DNA from: Neophaeotheca triangularis
Lineage: Eukaryota
DNA length: 64,000 nt
Direction of reading: 5' to 3'
Assembly (NCBI GenBank): GCA_054600435.1
Contig: BAAIJX010000038.1
Coordinates: forward strand, 124,001-188,000
Shown: one piece after another, positions 10,855 to 22,184 of the stretch
Position numbering within the stretch: the first letter of the stretch is position 1
Layout: every line of letters begins with the position of its first letter
Position numbers and translations under genes: made by a program
The notes under the pieces: generated by a model
Database searches by the model: none
The model's input: the letters and a program-made list of their open reading frames with translations, nothing else
Told to the model about the DNA's origin: nothing

Positions 10855-11553
10855 ATGAACGACATGATCCCGGGTCCCAGCAACATCGACGGCAAGGAGG
10901 GAGATGGCTCCAACACTATGCCCACCCCCCCTCCGTCGACGAAGAAACGCCGCATCTCCGACCCCGACCCCGACGAAGACTACGAGGGCGCTCGTAACGC
11001 CAAACGATTCTGCAACACGCTCATGCAGAATAAAGCCATCGGCCGGCTGCTCACCAGGCTGCAAGTCGAGGTCGAAGAGCAGAACGCTCACATCGAACAT
11101 CTCCGCCACATGTATCTCGTACAAGCATGGCCAACCAGCGGGGCTGACGTGGAGATCGTCTTCCAGAACCTGTACTATCCGTACATGGATGATGGGAAAG
11201 AAGCCAAAGACGCCCTTCGAACTGCTTTAGAGTATGTCAGAGCCCGCGCTGAAACTTTGGAAGAGCACCTGAACGACGAGGACTCTGATGAGGAGGAGGA
11301 GGAGGAGGAGGAGGAGGAGGACGCCGAGGAGACTGCACAAGAGGATTTCAAGGAGACTGCCCAGGAGGGTGACGAAGAGACTGTCGCTGAGGGGACTGCT
11401 GGGGCTACTGTTGGAGAGACCGCTGAGGAGGGTGTCGAGAAGACTGCCGCTGAGGAGGACACTGACGAGGCTGCCGAGGACGATGCCGAGGAAGTCCACG
11501 ATACGAAGGCGGATGACGACGGTGACGAGACCGAGACAGACGACGAGTTGTAG
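10855..11553 (+). CDS. Orphan protein with KKRR NLS and long D/E-rich C-terminus
   Basis: ORF 10591..11553, probable ATG 10855, (GAG)n repeat encoding poly-Glu. Confidence 0.7.
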   Translation: MNDMIPGPSNIDGKEGDGSNTMPTPPPSTKKRRISDPDPDEDYEGARNAKRFCNTLMQNKAIGRLLTRLQVEVEEQNAHIEHLRHMYLVQAWPTSGADVEIVFQNLYYPYMDDGKEAKDALRTALEYVRARAETLEEHLNDEDSDEEEEEEEEEEDAEETAQEDFKETAQEGDEETVAEGTAGATVGETAEEGVEKTAAEEDTDEAAEDDAEEVHDTKADDDGDETETDDEL

Positions 11554-12308
11554 GCGTCGAAGAGGCGGATCAAGCTGTGGTGGGAGGTTTGATTTGGCGC
11601 TGACTACGACATGGCCGGAGGAATCAAGCCAAGGGGAGCAGCAGGGCTCGAGTAGCGTTGTGCGTAATTCTGAGCTTTTCTCCCCTCAAGTAGGCTTCAT
11701 CCTTGATGGCTAGGCAAAATGTACTTCCCAGGTTGTTCAAGCATGCCCTTTTCAAATACTTGTCCGGTTGTAGTCGTACCAGTGCCATGGTCGGGCCCGG
11801 GCCGAGCCAGGCCAGGCCAAGCGGAGAATATAAATGTGGCCGAGTGACTTCACCCCTGTTCTACGCAGTACAAACGGGCTGCATTTCGAGCATGGCGGAC
11901 GCCACACAACATAATCCTGCAGACTATGACTTCGCTTCGCCTACCGTAAAGAGCAGCCTTCTTTGGATGGACTTGCAAGCGTGTAGAGAGCCAAAGTCCC
12001 CTGAGGCCATGTTTCATTGAAGCTCGGCTGATGTCTGCAGGTAACCGGCGATTGGGTGCCACTTCCCAGAATCGAGGCCGATTGAAAGAACGGAATGTAT
12101 GAGCCTACGCTTAGTGGTAGTGTTGAGCTATCGTTCGGTTTAATTTGCCCGTTCGGTTTCAAGGTGGTATCGGCCTTCAAGCGGCCTTGCCTTCTGCTTC
12201 TGCGGGCTTTTCAGTAATCATCCAGACCTTTACCTCCTCGCAGCACTCGTAGGTTTAGCTCCAGTACTTCGGGGAGTGCACTCGTGCAACCTCCAGCGAC
12301 TGCCCATC

Positions 12309-13582
12309 ATGTCGCTTGAACAGGTAACTTGCACATGAAAGTACGACGGGAAACGCACTGCTGACGCTTGCCTCAGATCGTTGTGATAGTTCTAGCCGCG
12401 GTGTTGCAAAGGTTCGGCGGTTCGCTCACCCAGTGGCTATCACGCTTCGTGTCCAATCTATTCCGCCGTGCGGACCGGCCTGAAGAAGGTACTGGAGCCG
12501 TCTTGTCCTACCTTTGCTCTTCATACCTTGACCCTACCCAGATGCTCCGCGATTTGGGGCACGCGAACTGCATCCTCTCCGGTCCGATGGCTCTTGGTTT
12601 TCACCTCGGCAATTTCTCTTCGTCCGAAGCCAGCTGGGATTGGTACACCTTCCCCACCGCAGACTGCGTGGGACGCGCACTCACCGCGCTTGCGAATGCA
12701 GGCGTAATTTGGGACGATCTTTGGCAGCCATTGCGGGACATAGCCCGCGCCTCTAGCGGCAGTGTTTTCTACATCCATGTGGACGACGTTGCGGCATTTC
12801 TAGCGCTCGCGCCCGAAGCCCCTCGCGAATATGAGCTGTTGCTTGTTCTGGCGCTTATTGCGAAAGCCTTCCAGCGCCAGCCAGAAAGAGAGCGGGTCAA
12901 TGTCGGTCACACCCTCTTGGTCATTATCCGCGGGGACAGGTCTCTTGGAAGCGGGTCAGCCAGCACCATAACCATGACCGGTCGAACTACGCACAACAAA
13001 ACGAACCGGAAGGTGCGACTCATGTGCGCGCCTGGTCAGTCGCCGATCGAAGTCGTCCTCGCCTTTTACGCCTCATCCATGCAATGCTTCGTTTCCGCGT
13101 ACGGCGCCGGTCACCTATACTACCAGAAAGCCTGCAAGCGAGAAGCGTACCTGTGGTACAACAATCGGCAGCAAATCCAAACGTCCGACAACACAGCTCT
13201 CGCGACGGCCGCCCAGGGATGGAAGTTGTCAGCACCGCCGTCGGCTCCGCCTTACACGGTTCGGACACTCGAGAGCAGTACCACGAGCAGGTTCATGACG
13301 GTCAACGTGGAAGGTGCCGAGGCTGGAGGCGAGCAAGAGCTGAACATTTTGCGCCGAAGGGCCTACGAACGGCTGACCTGGGAGGAGGGTGACGGCGGTA
13401 CTCGCCTGCTCTATTCGGCTTCGACTGCCCTGCGTGATTCACCGGGCCCGTCCGATAGGCGACGCTGCGACAAAGCGGACCGGAGCGAGGATGCGGCGGA
13501 AGGTGAAGATGCCGCCGTTCGAGAGATTGCGCTTGCGCACTCTGTCTTTTTCCATCACGCCTATCAGCCGTCCGAGGTATAG
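12309..13582 (+). CDS. Degenerate nucleotidyltransferase-fold-like fungal protein
   Basis: ATG 12309, intron 12324-12376 (GTAACT..GCTGAC..CAG). ILSGPMALGF..SWDWY matches the ISGSxALxF..DxD pattern; later SPIEVVLAFYASSMQCFVS block. Confidence 0.6.
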
Positions 13583-14004
13583 TGGGTTACAGCTATCGCT
13601 GCTAGTTGGAGTGAGATTCAAGAGGGAAGCAGGAGTCGGAATGTACGCACGATGGGAACGACTTTCTAACCGCAAAGGGATCGAGGCTACGGGGAGTATC
13701 AGGCGAGAGGAGCGGTTGATATATCTATACTACCATTCCAGATGTCGGCAGCACCGTTGGTGCGGTCTGCTTTACTGCAGTGTTTGCAATGACAGCTGAT
13801 TACATCTCCTTCAAGATCGACCAATCGAAGTTGGAGGCCTGGGTTGAAGTGCCTTGTCCCGCTTCGCCGACCCCACCGAGCAATGTTCATTAGAGACAAG
13901 TCAAAAGATATGGCATGATTACTATGGAATACCCGTCCCCAGCCGCAGTTCAGAACGAGACGCTTGGTGGGCCGCTACGTCTCGACGGCAAGGTACGTCT
14001 GGAG

Positions 14005-14088
14005 ATTCCCCGTGCTATTCTCCCGAGCCCGATTTCCCCAACCATCCTATTCCCCGTGCTATTCGAGCCCGATCTCCCCAACCATCCT
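14005..14088 (+). repeat. Tandem duplication, 44-nt and 40-nt copies
   Basis: ATTCCCCGTGCTATT..CGAGCCCGAT.TCCCCAACCATCCT occurs twice, with a 4-nt indel. Confidence 0.85.
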
Positions 14089-14109
14089 ATGAAGGCAGTG
14101 ACGGGAGAT

Positions 14110-14619
14110 CTACTTCCGCTGCGAAACGCCTCGCATCCTTGGGTGACTCTCTAACCATTCTCGTATCTCCTGCTCTTGTTCGTGACCAAAAGCTCCGCTT
14201 TGATGCAGGAGTACGCGAGCGCGATGCATCTCGGCGTGCATCAATTCTTCCCGTTCGGCGGTGATGAGAGCGTCGTCGAAGTCGGCTTGGGTCGCATGCT
14301 CTTGTTCAGAGAAGGCGCGTCTCAGCTCTCGGGTAGCATCAAGGATTGATTGTTGTTGCGGGTTGGTGGCTTGAGCTTCGGTGTCGCGGAGGGGTGGTAT
14401 GACTAGGCGAGCGATGGAAAATTTGTCCTCGGCGCACAATAGCTCGGTGAATCGATCAAGCTGGCTTTTTGGCAGGCTGCGATGGCAGTCGGAGAGGTGT
14501 TCCCACACCAGCTCACAAGCACGCAGCCACTTTGTCCGCCACCCGTGCGCTTTCGTGCCCAGTTGAGTATCGGCGAGGAGTTGTGAAAGTGCCGAGACGG
14601 GAGAGGAAACCGCGGCCAT
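14110..14619 (-). CDS. Orphan helical protein, 169 aa
   Basis: Intronless ATG ORF, divergent from the 14844 gene. Confidence 0.55.
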   Translation of the reverse strand: MAAVSSPVSALSQLLADTQLGTKAHGWRTKWLRACELVWEHLSDCHRSLPKSQLDRFTELLCAEDKFSIARLVIPPLRDTEAQATNPQQQSILDATRELRRAFSEQEHATQADFDDALITAEREELMHAEMHRARVLLHQSGAFGHEQEQEIREWLESHPRMRGVSQRK

Positions 14620-14843
14620 GTTGACGGCGTCGAGAAACGTGACCGACGAGTCACGAGCGGGTTTGGCGGTTTTGTCGCGTACCTCACCGGCTGGTGGCGA
14701 GAGGAGGCTTGGACAGTTAGTTGTCGTGTTTGGCGGCAGGGGTCAAAGCGGCTCAGCTGCACGCAGCTATCCGACGGTCTCGTTCCTACTTAAAAATAAA
14801 GCAACGGTCCCGACAGTGCAACCTCGCGACAGCAACCCACAAC

Positions 14844-15901
14844 ATGGCGCCTCGCCAGCCAAACATACGCACTCTCCCACCTGAATACAGCTTCACGAAG
14901 CCGACTCCACGAGAGCAAATCGATCAAGTAGTGAAGGACCAGCGAGCAGACTACAACACTAGGCCCTTGTCCGAACATGAGACTGCTGTGCTTGCTCTGA
15001 ACGAATGCGCCGCATCCCAGAAGCGTGGATTCTTCTTCCACCTACCGCTCCGAGCTTCTTACACGGCCAAACCTCCAAGCCTCAGTCGTGTCCCTATGGA
15101 GCGAAGGACGCCGGCTCCGCCGTATGGCCCCCTTTACCCCAGCACCTAGCGAATGCAGTGCTGACCGATTGCAGACCCGACTACCCAACCATCATCTACA
15201 CGCCCTTCGTCTGGACCGATTCTGCAGCTACTGCGTTCCACAACGAAACCCATCGCGCCCGCTACCTCAGAGCCAGTGCTTTGATCAATCCCCCTCCAGA
15301 TTACACCCCGCTTTACGGCATCCAGTACGTTGGCGATCGTTTCCAGGTCTTTGCCACAAAAAGCGATTCGCTCATCCTTTTCGCGAGCGCATCCGCTTAT
15401 CATCTCGTCAAGACGTCGACCGCGAAAGGTATATTGGGAGCGAATCCGAGGGACGCGAGGAAGATGGGTTCTGCGGCTTGGCTCTGGAACACGCAAGGTG
15501 GGGACGCATCCTCGACCGCCAGCAAAGAGCGCGCCATGGCCGCATTTGGTTTACCGAATGTGGAAGCGGTTTACCAGGAAGTTATACGCCTCTGCTCGGG
15601 AGAGGGGGGGCTCGAAGAATCGTTCACTGCGGCGCAGCTGCGAGCACTGGTCCCCCGCCCTCAAAGCCAGCCAGCGGCTTTGGTGGGTTCTGGACTGGGT
15701 GCTCGCCCTTCCTCAGATCCGGCGTCGCGGCGTGGTGAACAGCACAAATTTGGGCCTCGGGCGAAAAGGCGGAAGTTGGGAGTTGGCGATGATGCCGGAG
15801 GGGAGGAAGGCGATGCTAGAAGCGAAATGGTAAGCGAAATGGTGAGCGAAATGGTAAGCGAAGCGGATGGAGACGTCCTAAGCCCGAGCGAAGGGTGGTG
15901 A
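14844..15901 (+). CDS. Orphan 2-exon protein with KRRK NLS and (SEMV)3 repeat
   Basis: ATG 14844. Intron 15122-15174 (GTATGG..CTGAC..CAG) joins the 14721 and 15005 ORFs in frame. Confidence 0.7.
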
Positions 15902-15926
15902 CGAAGTGGTCGTCCGGGTGGCGAGC

Positions 15927-16544
15927 TTATTGTCGCCTACAGGCAAGCTGTAGAACGCTAGACCTACGCCTTTGCGTCGCTAGCCCAACAGGTTTGATGG
16001 TGGCTCTGCTGAATGTCCTCAGTCGCTTTGTGCTTGGAGCGGGTGCAGACCTTCGCGCCAGCATACGACCGTACGATTGACACACCGACAGACTAGCAAG
16101 AGTGACTTCAAAGCCAACGCAGTTGCCACCGTCCCTGCCCTCGCCGATCATAAAGTAAAACGTTCCGCCGGGAGTGAGTTTGTGCGGTGACTGTCGTAAG
16201 AGGCGCCAGCCTTTGGTGGATTCATCGGATATCCACGTGCCATTGTTTGATACGTCTGTGAGCGTTATGGACCCAGTGTGATGCTCGAGGTGAATGAGAA
16301 AATGGCAGCTGCTCATCCAGTGCCGATCGGGTAGTTGGAATTCGACAGCCCGCGAGGATCCGAAAGATAGCTGTTTTCGACCGAGGAATAAAGATAAGTC
16401 TAGTCGAGCTGCAAGGCGCGGCGGCCTCGCTGGTGATGGTGTCGCTCGCACGCGCCGGTAGCGGTTTGAACGGAGCTTGAGCGCCTGTTCGGCCAACTCG
16501 GTGAGTGGACTGAAGACGGCAAAGGGCTGCGAGTGCTGTGACAT
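15927..16544 (-). CDS. Stand-alone FHA-domain protein
   Basis: FGSSR..MSSCHFLI..LTDVSNNGTWI matches the FHA G(R)..SxxH..NGT signature. Confidence 0.75.
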   Translation of the reverse strand: MSQHSQPFAVFSPLTELAEQALKLRSNRYRRVRATPSPARPPRLAARLDLSLFLGRKQLSFGSSRAVEFQLPDRHWMSSCHFLIHLEHHTGSITLTDVSNNGTWISDESTKGWRLLRQSPHKLTPGGTFYFMIGEGRDGGNCVGFEVTLASLSVCQSYGRMLARRSAPAPSTKRLRTFSRATIKPVGLATQRRRSSVLQLACRRQ

Positions 16545-16889
16545 TTTGCAGTCGCGAGGAGTGGTTGGCTTTTGCGACGGCGATGCCTCTGGTCGACCGA
16601 TCGTCCGTCATTCGATCCTTAAGCAATGCCATTGCCATATCTCGTTGGCTTCAGGGCTGCTGCTTCGCCCTTTGTCTCGAGGGCCGCTTCGACAGTTTCA
16701 TGACGCCGAGTAGCTCCTGCAAGACATGGTAAAGTCGTGCGACTGTCTCGAACGACCAATCTGCAACTCGAGGTCCCTACACAGAGCATACGCAAGACAT
16801 GGACAGGTGGCAGCGCCTGTCGATGCGTTGACAGATTCCACGTCTACAAGCTTGTATGGGAAAGCATTGGGGCTTTCTCGCAGTCGCTT

Positions 16890-17531
16890 TCACAATACAT
16901 CTCGGAACTTCCGCACAAAGTTCGCCAAGGCCTGAGCATCAACGCTTACTGTGCCCTCCGGATGGGGGACCCGGGTTGCTACACTGTCGCTTACTGCTTT
17001 TTCCAGGGCTTCTAATCGCGAGCTCAGCGCGCTGTCCGCCTCTTGCTGAGATTCTTGCGCGGCGGATATTCCATCCTTGACACTAACGAGCTCTGATACA
17101 AGCCTCTCGACCACAAAGTCGTGCTGCGTCCTCTTGTCGCGCGCTTGACGTTGCTCTGACTGAATCGACTCAAGCTCCCGGAACAGATCCTCCTTGCACT
17201 GTCTTGCTTCTACTGAATGTTCCTTGGCGACTTTTTGGACTTGGACCCGAACGACAGAGCCCAATGCCTCTGGACTTACGCTCTCCTGTTGACGGTCGAT
17301 GACTTCACGCATGCGCTCGTTCTCCTTTTGTAGAGAGTCCCTTTGTCTAGCTAAACTGTCCGCGTTCATTCTCAGCATATTAAACGACTCCCGGAGTGAC
17401 GAATATTTGTCCTTCGACTCTTCCAATGCTTTTCCCAGAGTATCGACACGGTGTTCGAGGTGGATCTTGTCTCCAGGGGAGTCCCATCGATGGAGGCTTG
17501 GGTCCACCGGCCGGGGTGGCGGGGGTGACAT
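16890..17531 (-). CDS. Coiled-coil orphan protein (3' end uncertain)
   Basis: 213-aa ATG ORF with E/K/R/Q-rich heptads. A possible donor GTAAGC at 16949 suggests a further exon. Confidence 0.6.
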   Translation of the reverse strand: MSPPPPRPVDPSLHRWDSPGDKIHLEHRVDTLGKALEESKDKYSSLRESFNMLRMNADSLARQRDSLQKENERMREVIDRQQESVSPEALGSVVRVQVQKVAKEHSVEARQCKEDLFRELESIQSEQRQARDKRTQHDFVVERLVSELVSVKDGISAAQESQQEADSALSSRLEALEKAVSDSVATRVPHPEGTVSVDAQALANFVRKFRDVL

Positions 17532-17907
17532 GGCACGGAGGCTTTACGTATAGGCGCAGCAGAGGGATTTTGGGTCGCGGGATGCCTATGCGTGATGCTT
17601 TGTAATTGTTGCCATTTCCACGCTGTACGATTGAATGAAGTGAACACATGGAAGTACGGGTGTGATTAGAAGTACCCACTGTAGTTTCCGGTACTCGTAT
17701 GCACGGACTGACACCCCGCCGTACATGTGGAAATACTGCCAGGTAGGTACCTGAGGTATCAATGTCTATCTATCGGCTACGACTACAAGGTAACAACGAG
17801 TACAGCCCCAGACCTGAAAACACCAACAAACAATCACAGTAACTCCACCCCACCTCCTCCGCGAGCCCCCGGCATCCCGTCCCCAGTCTGATTCCCCAAA
17901 GCTGACG

Positions 17908-18894
17908 TTAATATCCGTCCCATGGTTCCATGAGCTTGAGCTTGCAGATGTTCGAATTATTAGCAACCTTGCCCCCCACGTCTGACTGGTTTATCGCGTC
18001 GTCTTCTACTGCCTTCTCCTCACTCCTCACACTCGGGTATTCAAATGGGGAGGCCGGCGCCGAATCGGGCATTTCTTCTTCGAGGTTTCGTGGCTGGGTC
18101 GACGCGGTCGAGAAGCCGTGCGTGATCGCCCGCCTTGCTTCTATGCGGCTGCGAATGGAATCGTTCATGAGAGTCTCCAGTGCGCTTACACGGACTCCCA
18201 AGGTGATGAATTGTTCGCGGGACTCCCTTCTAGAGTTTTGAAGCTCCTCCTTCAACTCTCCGAAGCTGGCGACGAGATTACCGAGGAGTTCAGTGGCGCG
18301 GTGTGCCGATTGCTTTTCGTTCTCCATCGAAGTCTGAAGGACTGCGACCGTTCCCTGCATCTCCTTGGTATCTTCTTTGACACTGGCAAGCACAAAAGCC
18401 TGTGACTGAGCTATCTCTACAAGCGTTGACAGCTTGTCCGAGATCGCCAGCCCTCGCTCCTCGCTCTTGTCGGCTCTTGTCTGAATAACCCTAAAGGTCG
18501 CAGCATGCTCTCTGGCTAACTCTTGTTGCATATCGCTCAGATCTTCTTGCAGTCCTCTCTGGAGTGCGCCCAACGACTGCGTGCGCTCGTGCTCGGTAGG
18601 CGTCGGCCCCTCTCCTGATGGCCCGAAATTTCTCGGAGCCTGTTGGCTTGGGCTTGAACTCGGAGAGTGGATGTCTTCGTTGCGCAGCCGTGTTTGGCAG
18701 TCCGGCTTGGGACGATGCGTGCTTCGCTCTTCGAAAAGCTCGTTGCTGGCGTGATTCCGTCTCGGTTGCTCGCCTCGAGGTACCCACGACGCGCTCGACA
18801 ACTTTGTTCGCTGGTAGTCACCGGGCTCCTCGGCTCTTCGAAGGATAGCGGCGTTTATTGTTTCCCGGTTCCTCGGCAACCTACTAGACGACAT
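17908..18894 (-). CDS. Coiled-coil orphan protein
   Basis: Long ORF, probable ATG 18894 (MSSSRLPR), disordered N-terminus followed by a long heptad region. Confidence 0.65.
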   Translation of the reverse strand: MSSSRLPRNRETINAAILRRAEEPGDYQRTKLSSASWVPRGEQPRRNHASNELFEERSTHRPKPDCQTRLRNEDIHSPSSSPSQQAPRNFGPSGEGPTPTEHERTQSLGALQRGLQEDLSDMQQELAREHAATFRVIQTRADKSEERGLAISDKLSTLVEIAQSQAFVLASVKEDTKEMQGTVAVLQTSMENEKQSAHRATELLGNLVASFGELKEELQNSRRESREQFITLGVRVSALETLMNDSIRSRIEARRAITHGFSTASTQPRNLEEEMPDSAPASPFEYPSVRSEEKAVEDDAINQSDVGGKVANNSNICKLKLMEPWDGY

Positions 18895-19668
18895 TTTGAT
18901 GCTGTGGCCGTCGGCGCTGTCGCTGGTATTCGAATATGCTGGAGACTCTGTTGGTGCGGCGCTGGGTTGATATGGTGTAACAAGAGAATGCGCCGTGGTG
19001 CAATAGTGCCGAAGAACGTGCTTGGTCAAAAATCGGATCGCTATCGCAGTGGCAGGCGTTTGGGGGTTTCCAACGGTGGTCTCGGCCACCGTCAATCTCA
19101 GCTGGATACTGATTTGGATACTGATTGACGCAGCCTCGTGGTATCCTCTCACTCGGTCCGAGACAGTTCAGCCGGGTCTCGAGTAAAACCCGAATCGATA
19201 TCTAGACTCGCCATGCTGCCTGCCCGATATCTGCCAGCAGGGACATAAATTGCCGCCACCCCTTCTGTTCGGTCGTTCTCGCCCATCAATACCACTCTAC
19301 TGTCAAATACTGCGATCTCTTTCGAGCACAACACCTATTTCTCACCCTGCGCGAACCTGGTTTTCGCCGGCTGCTACCTCACGCCCACTCCAGTCACCCT
19401 CTCATCACAAGGACCAGCTTTGCGTAAGACCTCTCAAAACCCAGACCGTGGTCTTTTTCCTCTACTTACATTTCCGCAGCCCCCCCTAGGAGTATTCTTT
19501 TTTCACGCGTCCTTCGTGGCTTTTTCGTTGGTCTCAATTCATCGTCAATCGCAACTTCGAGGTAAGCCCTGCGCTTTCGAGTAGCCAATGGCAGTATGCC
19601 TGCGTTCCGTGCTCACATCTCGGCAGGCCCTTTCAGACGCTTCCCCTACCCCACATCCTTCCACCGCC

Positions 19669-21135
19669 ATGCCACACGACAATGACGACCTGTACATCAC
19701 GTTTGGGTACAATTTGAACGGTTTGAAAGTGGCGGAGCTACACGATATTCTGAGCGCCAATTGCATAAGGCTGCCTGCCACATGTGCAAGGCCGGTCAAA
19801 GCCGACCTTCTATATGCCGTGGAGCGCTACTACGCCAAAGAGAGGCTTGCAATGGGCGATGCCCCGACCGACTACTTGAAGCCCAATTTCAATCGATCCG
19901 CATCGCAGTACAAATGGTCGCACATGCGGCAGCTCCTAGCTCAATTCGGCCTCAGGTCGCCGGCAGACTCGTGCACTGCCACAGCTGCCTTTTTCGATCG
20001 CAACCTGCAATACATGCGCGATAACACCCGTCAGCCGACTAAGCCCGCGCCCGCCGCCGGGATCGAGGACCTCACGGCTAATATGGCCAAGCTGCCGATC
20101 TGGGACCCAATGCCTCCGCCAGATGAACGTCCAAGGCAAGCAACTTACGCTACCCCGAGGTGGACAACACCCAAGTCCCCACCTTCCCCGCAGCCTTTCA
20201 CGGACGAACGGTTGTTCGAGCGGGCGCATGATTCACAGTCGACTGCCTTCGAAGCCAGAATGACTTCCAGGCCTGGAGGTGCCCCGAGCTACAACCTGCG
20301 CAGCAGAGCCGATCCACACCGTCGACCGGATCCGGTATTCGCCACGCAGCCCCAGCCCCTGCGCCGCAGTGCCTGGGCCACTACGCACGAGGAAACCTAT
20401 CAGCGACCGGGTGCTTCAATCTTCGAACCATACGGCGAAGGTGTGCACTCCAAGACGGGTGGATTCTCGCTCCTACCACGTGATACTTCAGCAGGGGACT
20501 CGCGCGGCAAAGTCCCTGCTTCACGCGGCTTCCACGAATCTGCCTTTCCACCACCAACACCGATGCCAAAAGCCTACAGTGCTAGAGCCACAGCGCAACG
20601 TGACGTCCACCAGAGTGGGGAGTTCCCGCCGTCGGCAACGCACCATTCCAGCCAGGACCGCGACGAACCGCTGCGTGGTAGGGCTACGGGCAGGAAGCCG
20701 AATGGCGAGCGTGAAGATAGATCACGCCGGCACGGCAGACTGTGCGACATGTTGGAAGCAGGATTTGCCGCAGCCATCAAGTCCATGAAGATGGGCGACT
20801 GCATCGGTATGCTCAAGGTTGTCCACGGCATCTCGGGCGAGGCCAAGGCCTTTCTGTTCGGGCCTGAGTACGCGTCTGGCATGGATGAAAATTACAACGA
20901 CGCCGACATCCAAACCGCCTACAACTCTTGGAGCCAATCGGCATTCCGCCGTACCCCAGAGGAAAGCCAACGTGCGCAGTGCGATATCATCACGCTCCTG
21001 CAGCATTCTGGTTGCGATGCGATCCAGTACGCCGAGGCTGGCGATTCACTCACCATGCTCGGCGTTCTCGATGACTTGCCCCTCCAAGTGGGAGCGCTAG
21101 TCCTCAGGCCAAAGAGAAATGATGCTTGCTATTGA
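19669..21135 (+). CDS. Protein with two N-terminal HeH/LEM-like motifs
   Basis: LKVAELHDILSANCIRLP..KADLL and DYLKPNFN..WSHMRQLLAQFGLRSP resemble the fungal Src1/Heh1 N-terminal HeH motif. No TM segments. Confidence 0.65.
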   Translation: MPHDNDDLYITFGYNLNGLKVAELHDILSANCIRLPATCARPVKADLLYAVERYYAKERLAMGDAPTDYLKPNFNRSASQYKWSHMRQLLAQFGLRSPADSCTATAAFFDRNLQYMRDNTRQPTKPAPAAGIEDLTANMAKLPIWDPMPPPDERPRQATYATPRWTTPKSPPSPQPFTDERLFERAHDSQSTAFEARMTSRPGGAPSYNLRSRADPHRRPDPVFATQPQPLRRSAWATTHEETYQRPGASIFEPYGEGVHSKTGGFSLLPRDTSAGDSRGKVPASRGFHESAFPPPTPMPKAYSARATAQRDVHQSGEFPPSATHHSSQDRDEPLRGRATGRKPNGEREDRSRRHGRLCDMLEAGFAAAIKSMKMGDCIGMLKVVHGISGEAKAFLFGPEYASGMDENYNDADIQTAYNSWSQSAFRRTPEESQRAQCDIITLLQHSGCDAIQYAEAGDSLTMLGVLDDLPLQVGALVLRPKRNDACY

Positions 21136-21347
21136 GAATATGGGGAAAACGCCAGAGTACAAGTGTGGTAGAGGATTTGAGCGGCATCGTGGGCTGCAGG
21201 GCGACATGGTATTGAGGTTTTCGTTTGTCTCGGGCTATAGATGGAGGGGGCTGGAGCGGTACTGTGGTTTACATTGCAAGGAAATGTCGGTTTTTGCTTT
21301 CGGCCAAGGCCGCAGATGGATAGGTGGATGTTGACTACGTTGACTAG

Positions 21348-22184
21348 ATGCTTCCATTATACACATGGTTCGACGCGCCCGTTCCGTTTTGGCCCTATCG
21401 ATTCTCCGCGGAGCACTTCTTCTCTCGTGGGGATGGCGAGCGTGTCATCGATGTGGCACTTTGGGATCGTAACAGCGACGTAGGACAACACTGTGACAAC
21501 ACGCTGGCTGTCAAAACCAAGGACGACCCATCCATCGTTCCTACCATCTGCACCCAACCGCAAGCATCTTCGCGACATTTCAAGGTAAGCGCGCATCCAG
21601 ATGGCCGCTAGAGATTGATCGGCAATTGATCAAGTAGAGCAGTACCACCTCTTGCCCCCGCCGAGCTCGACAGCTTCACGAAGCGGAAACCCGACGTCCC
21701 GCGATACAGTAAGCCCAATCAATGTACTTGGGTGTCGGAGTTGTCCCGGTCGCTAATCGTCGCCCTACGCAGCAGTCTCGAAACCGCTCCAGCTACAAGC
21801 ATGCCGACCCGCGAGGAGTGGGTCTGGGCTTCGCCTGTGCAGAACGAAGATGGCCGCTGGGTCCGTTGCGGCCTTGAGCTTCTCATCACCGTCACTTTCA
21901 CCAACAACTGGGCTGTCAACACTTCGGTCGAGGTCGTTCGCGAGATGAAGATCTTCTTGGACACGAACACCGAAGCCGAGCAGGGACCTCAGCAAACCGA
22001 TCCTCCCACCAGACCCAAGCCCAACGGCGCCGCCAAGAACCAGAAGGAGCCTGCTACGACCGAGGACATCGACCAGGTTGGCTTTTTTGTCAACGAGGAC
22101 GACGAGGAGGAGGCGATGGAGGTGAAGATGGAGACGGCGTCGGATCAGGGCGACAACGGCCGCAAGCTCATCTTTGGCTTCTGA
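21348..22184 (+). CDS. Orphan multi-exon protein
   Basis: Two GTAAGC donors (about 21584 and 21709) with downstream acceptors can link the 21348 and 21732 ORFs. Acidic C-terminus. Confidence 0.5.
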
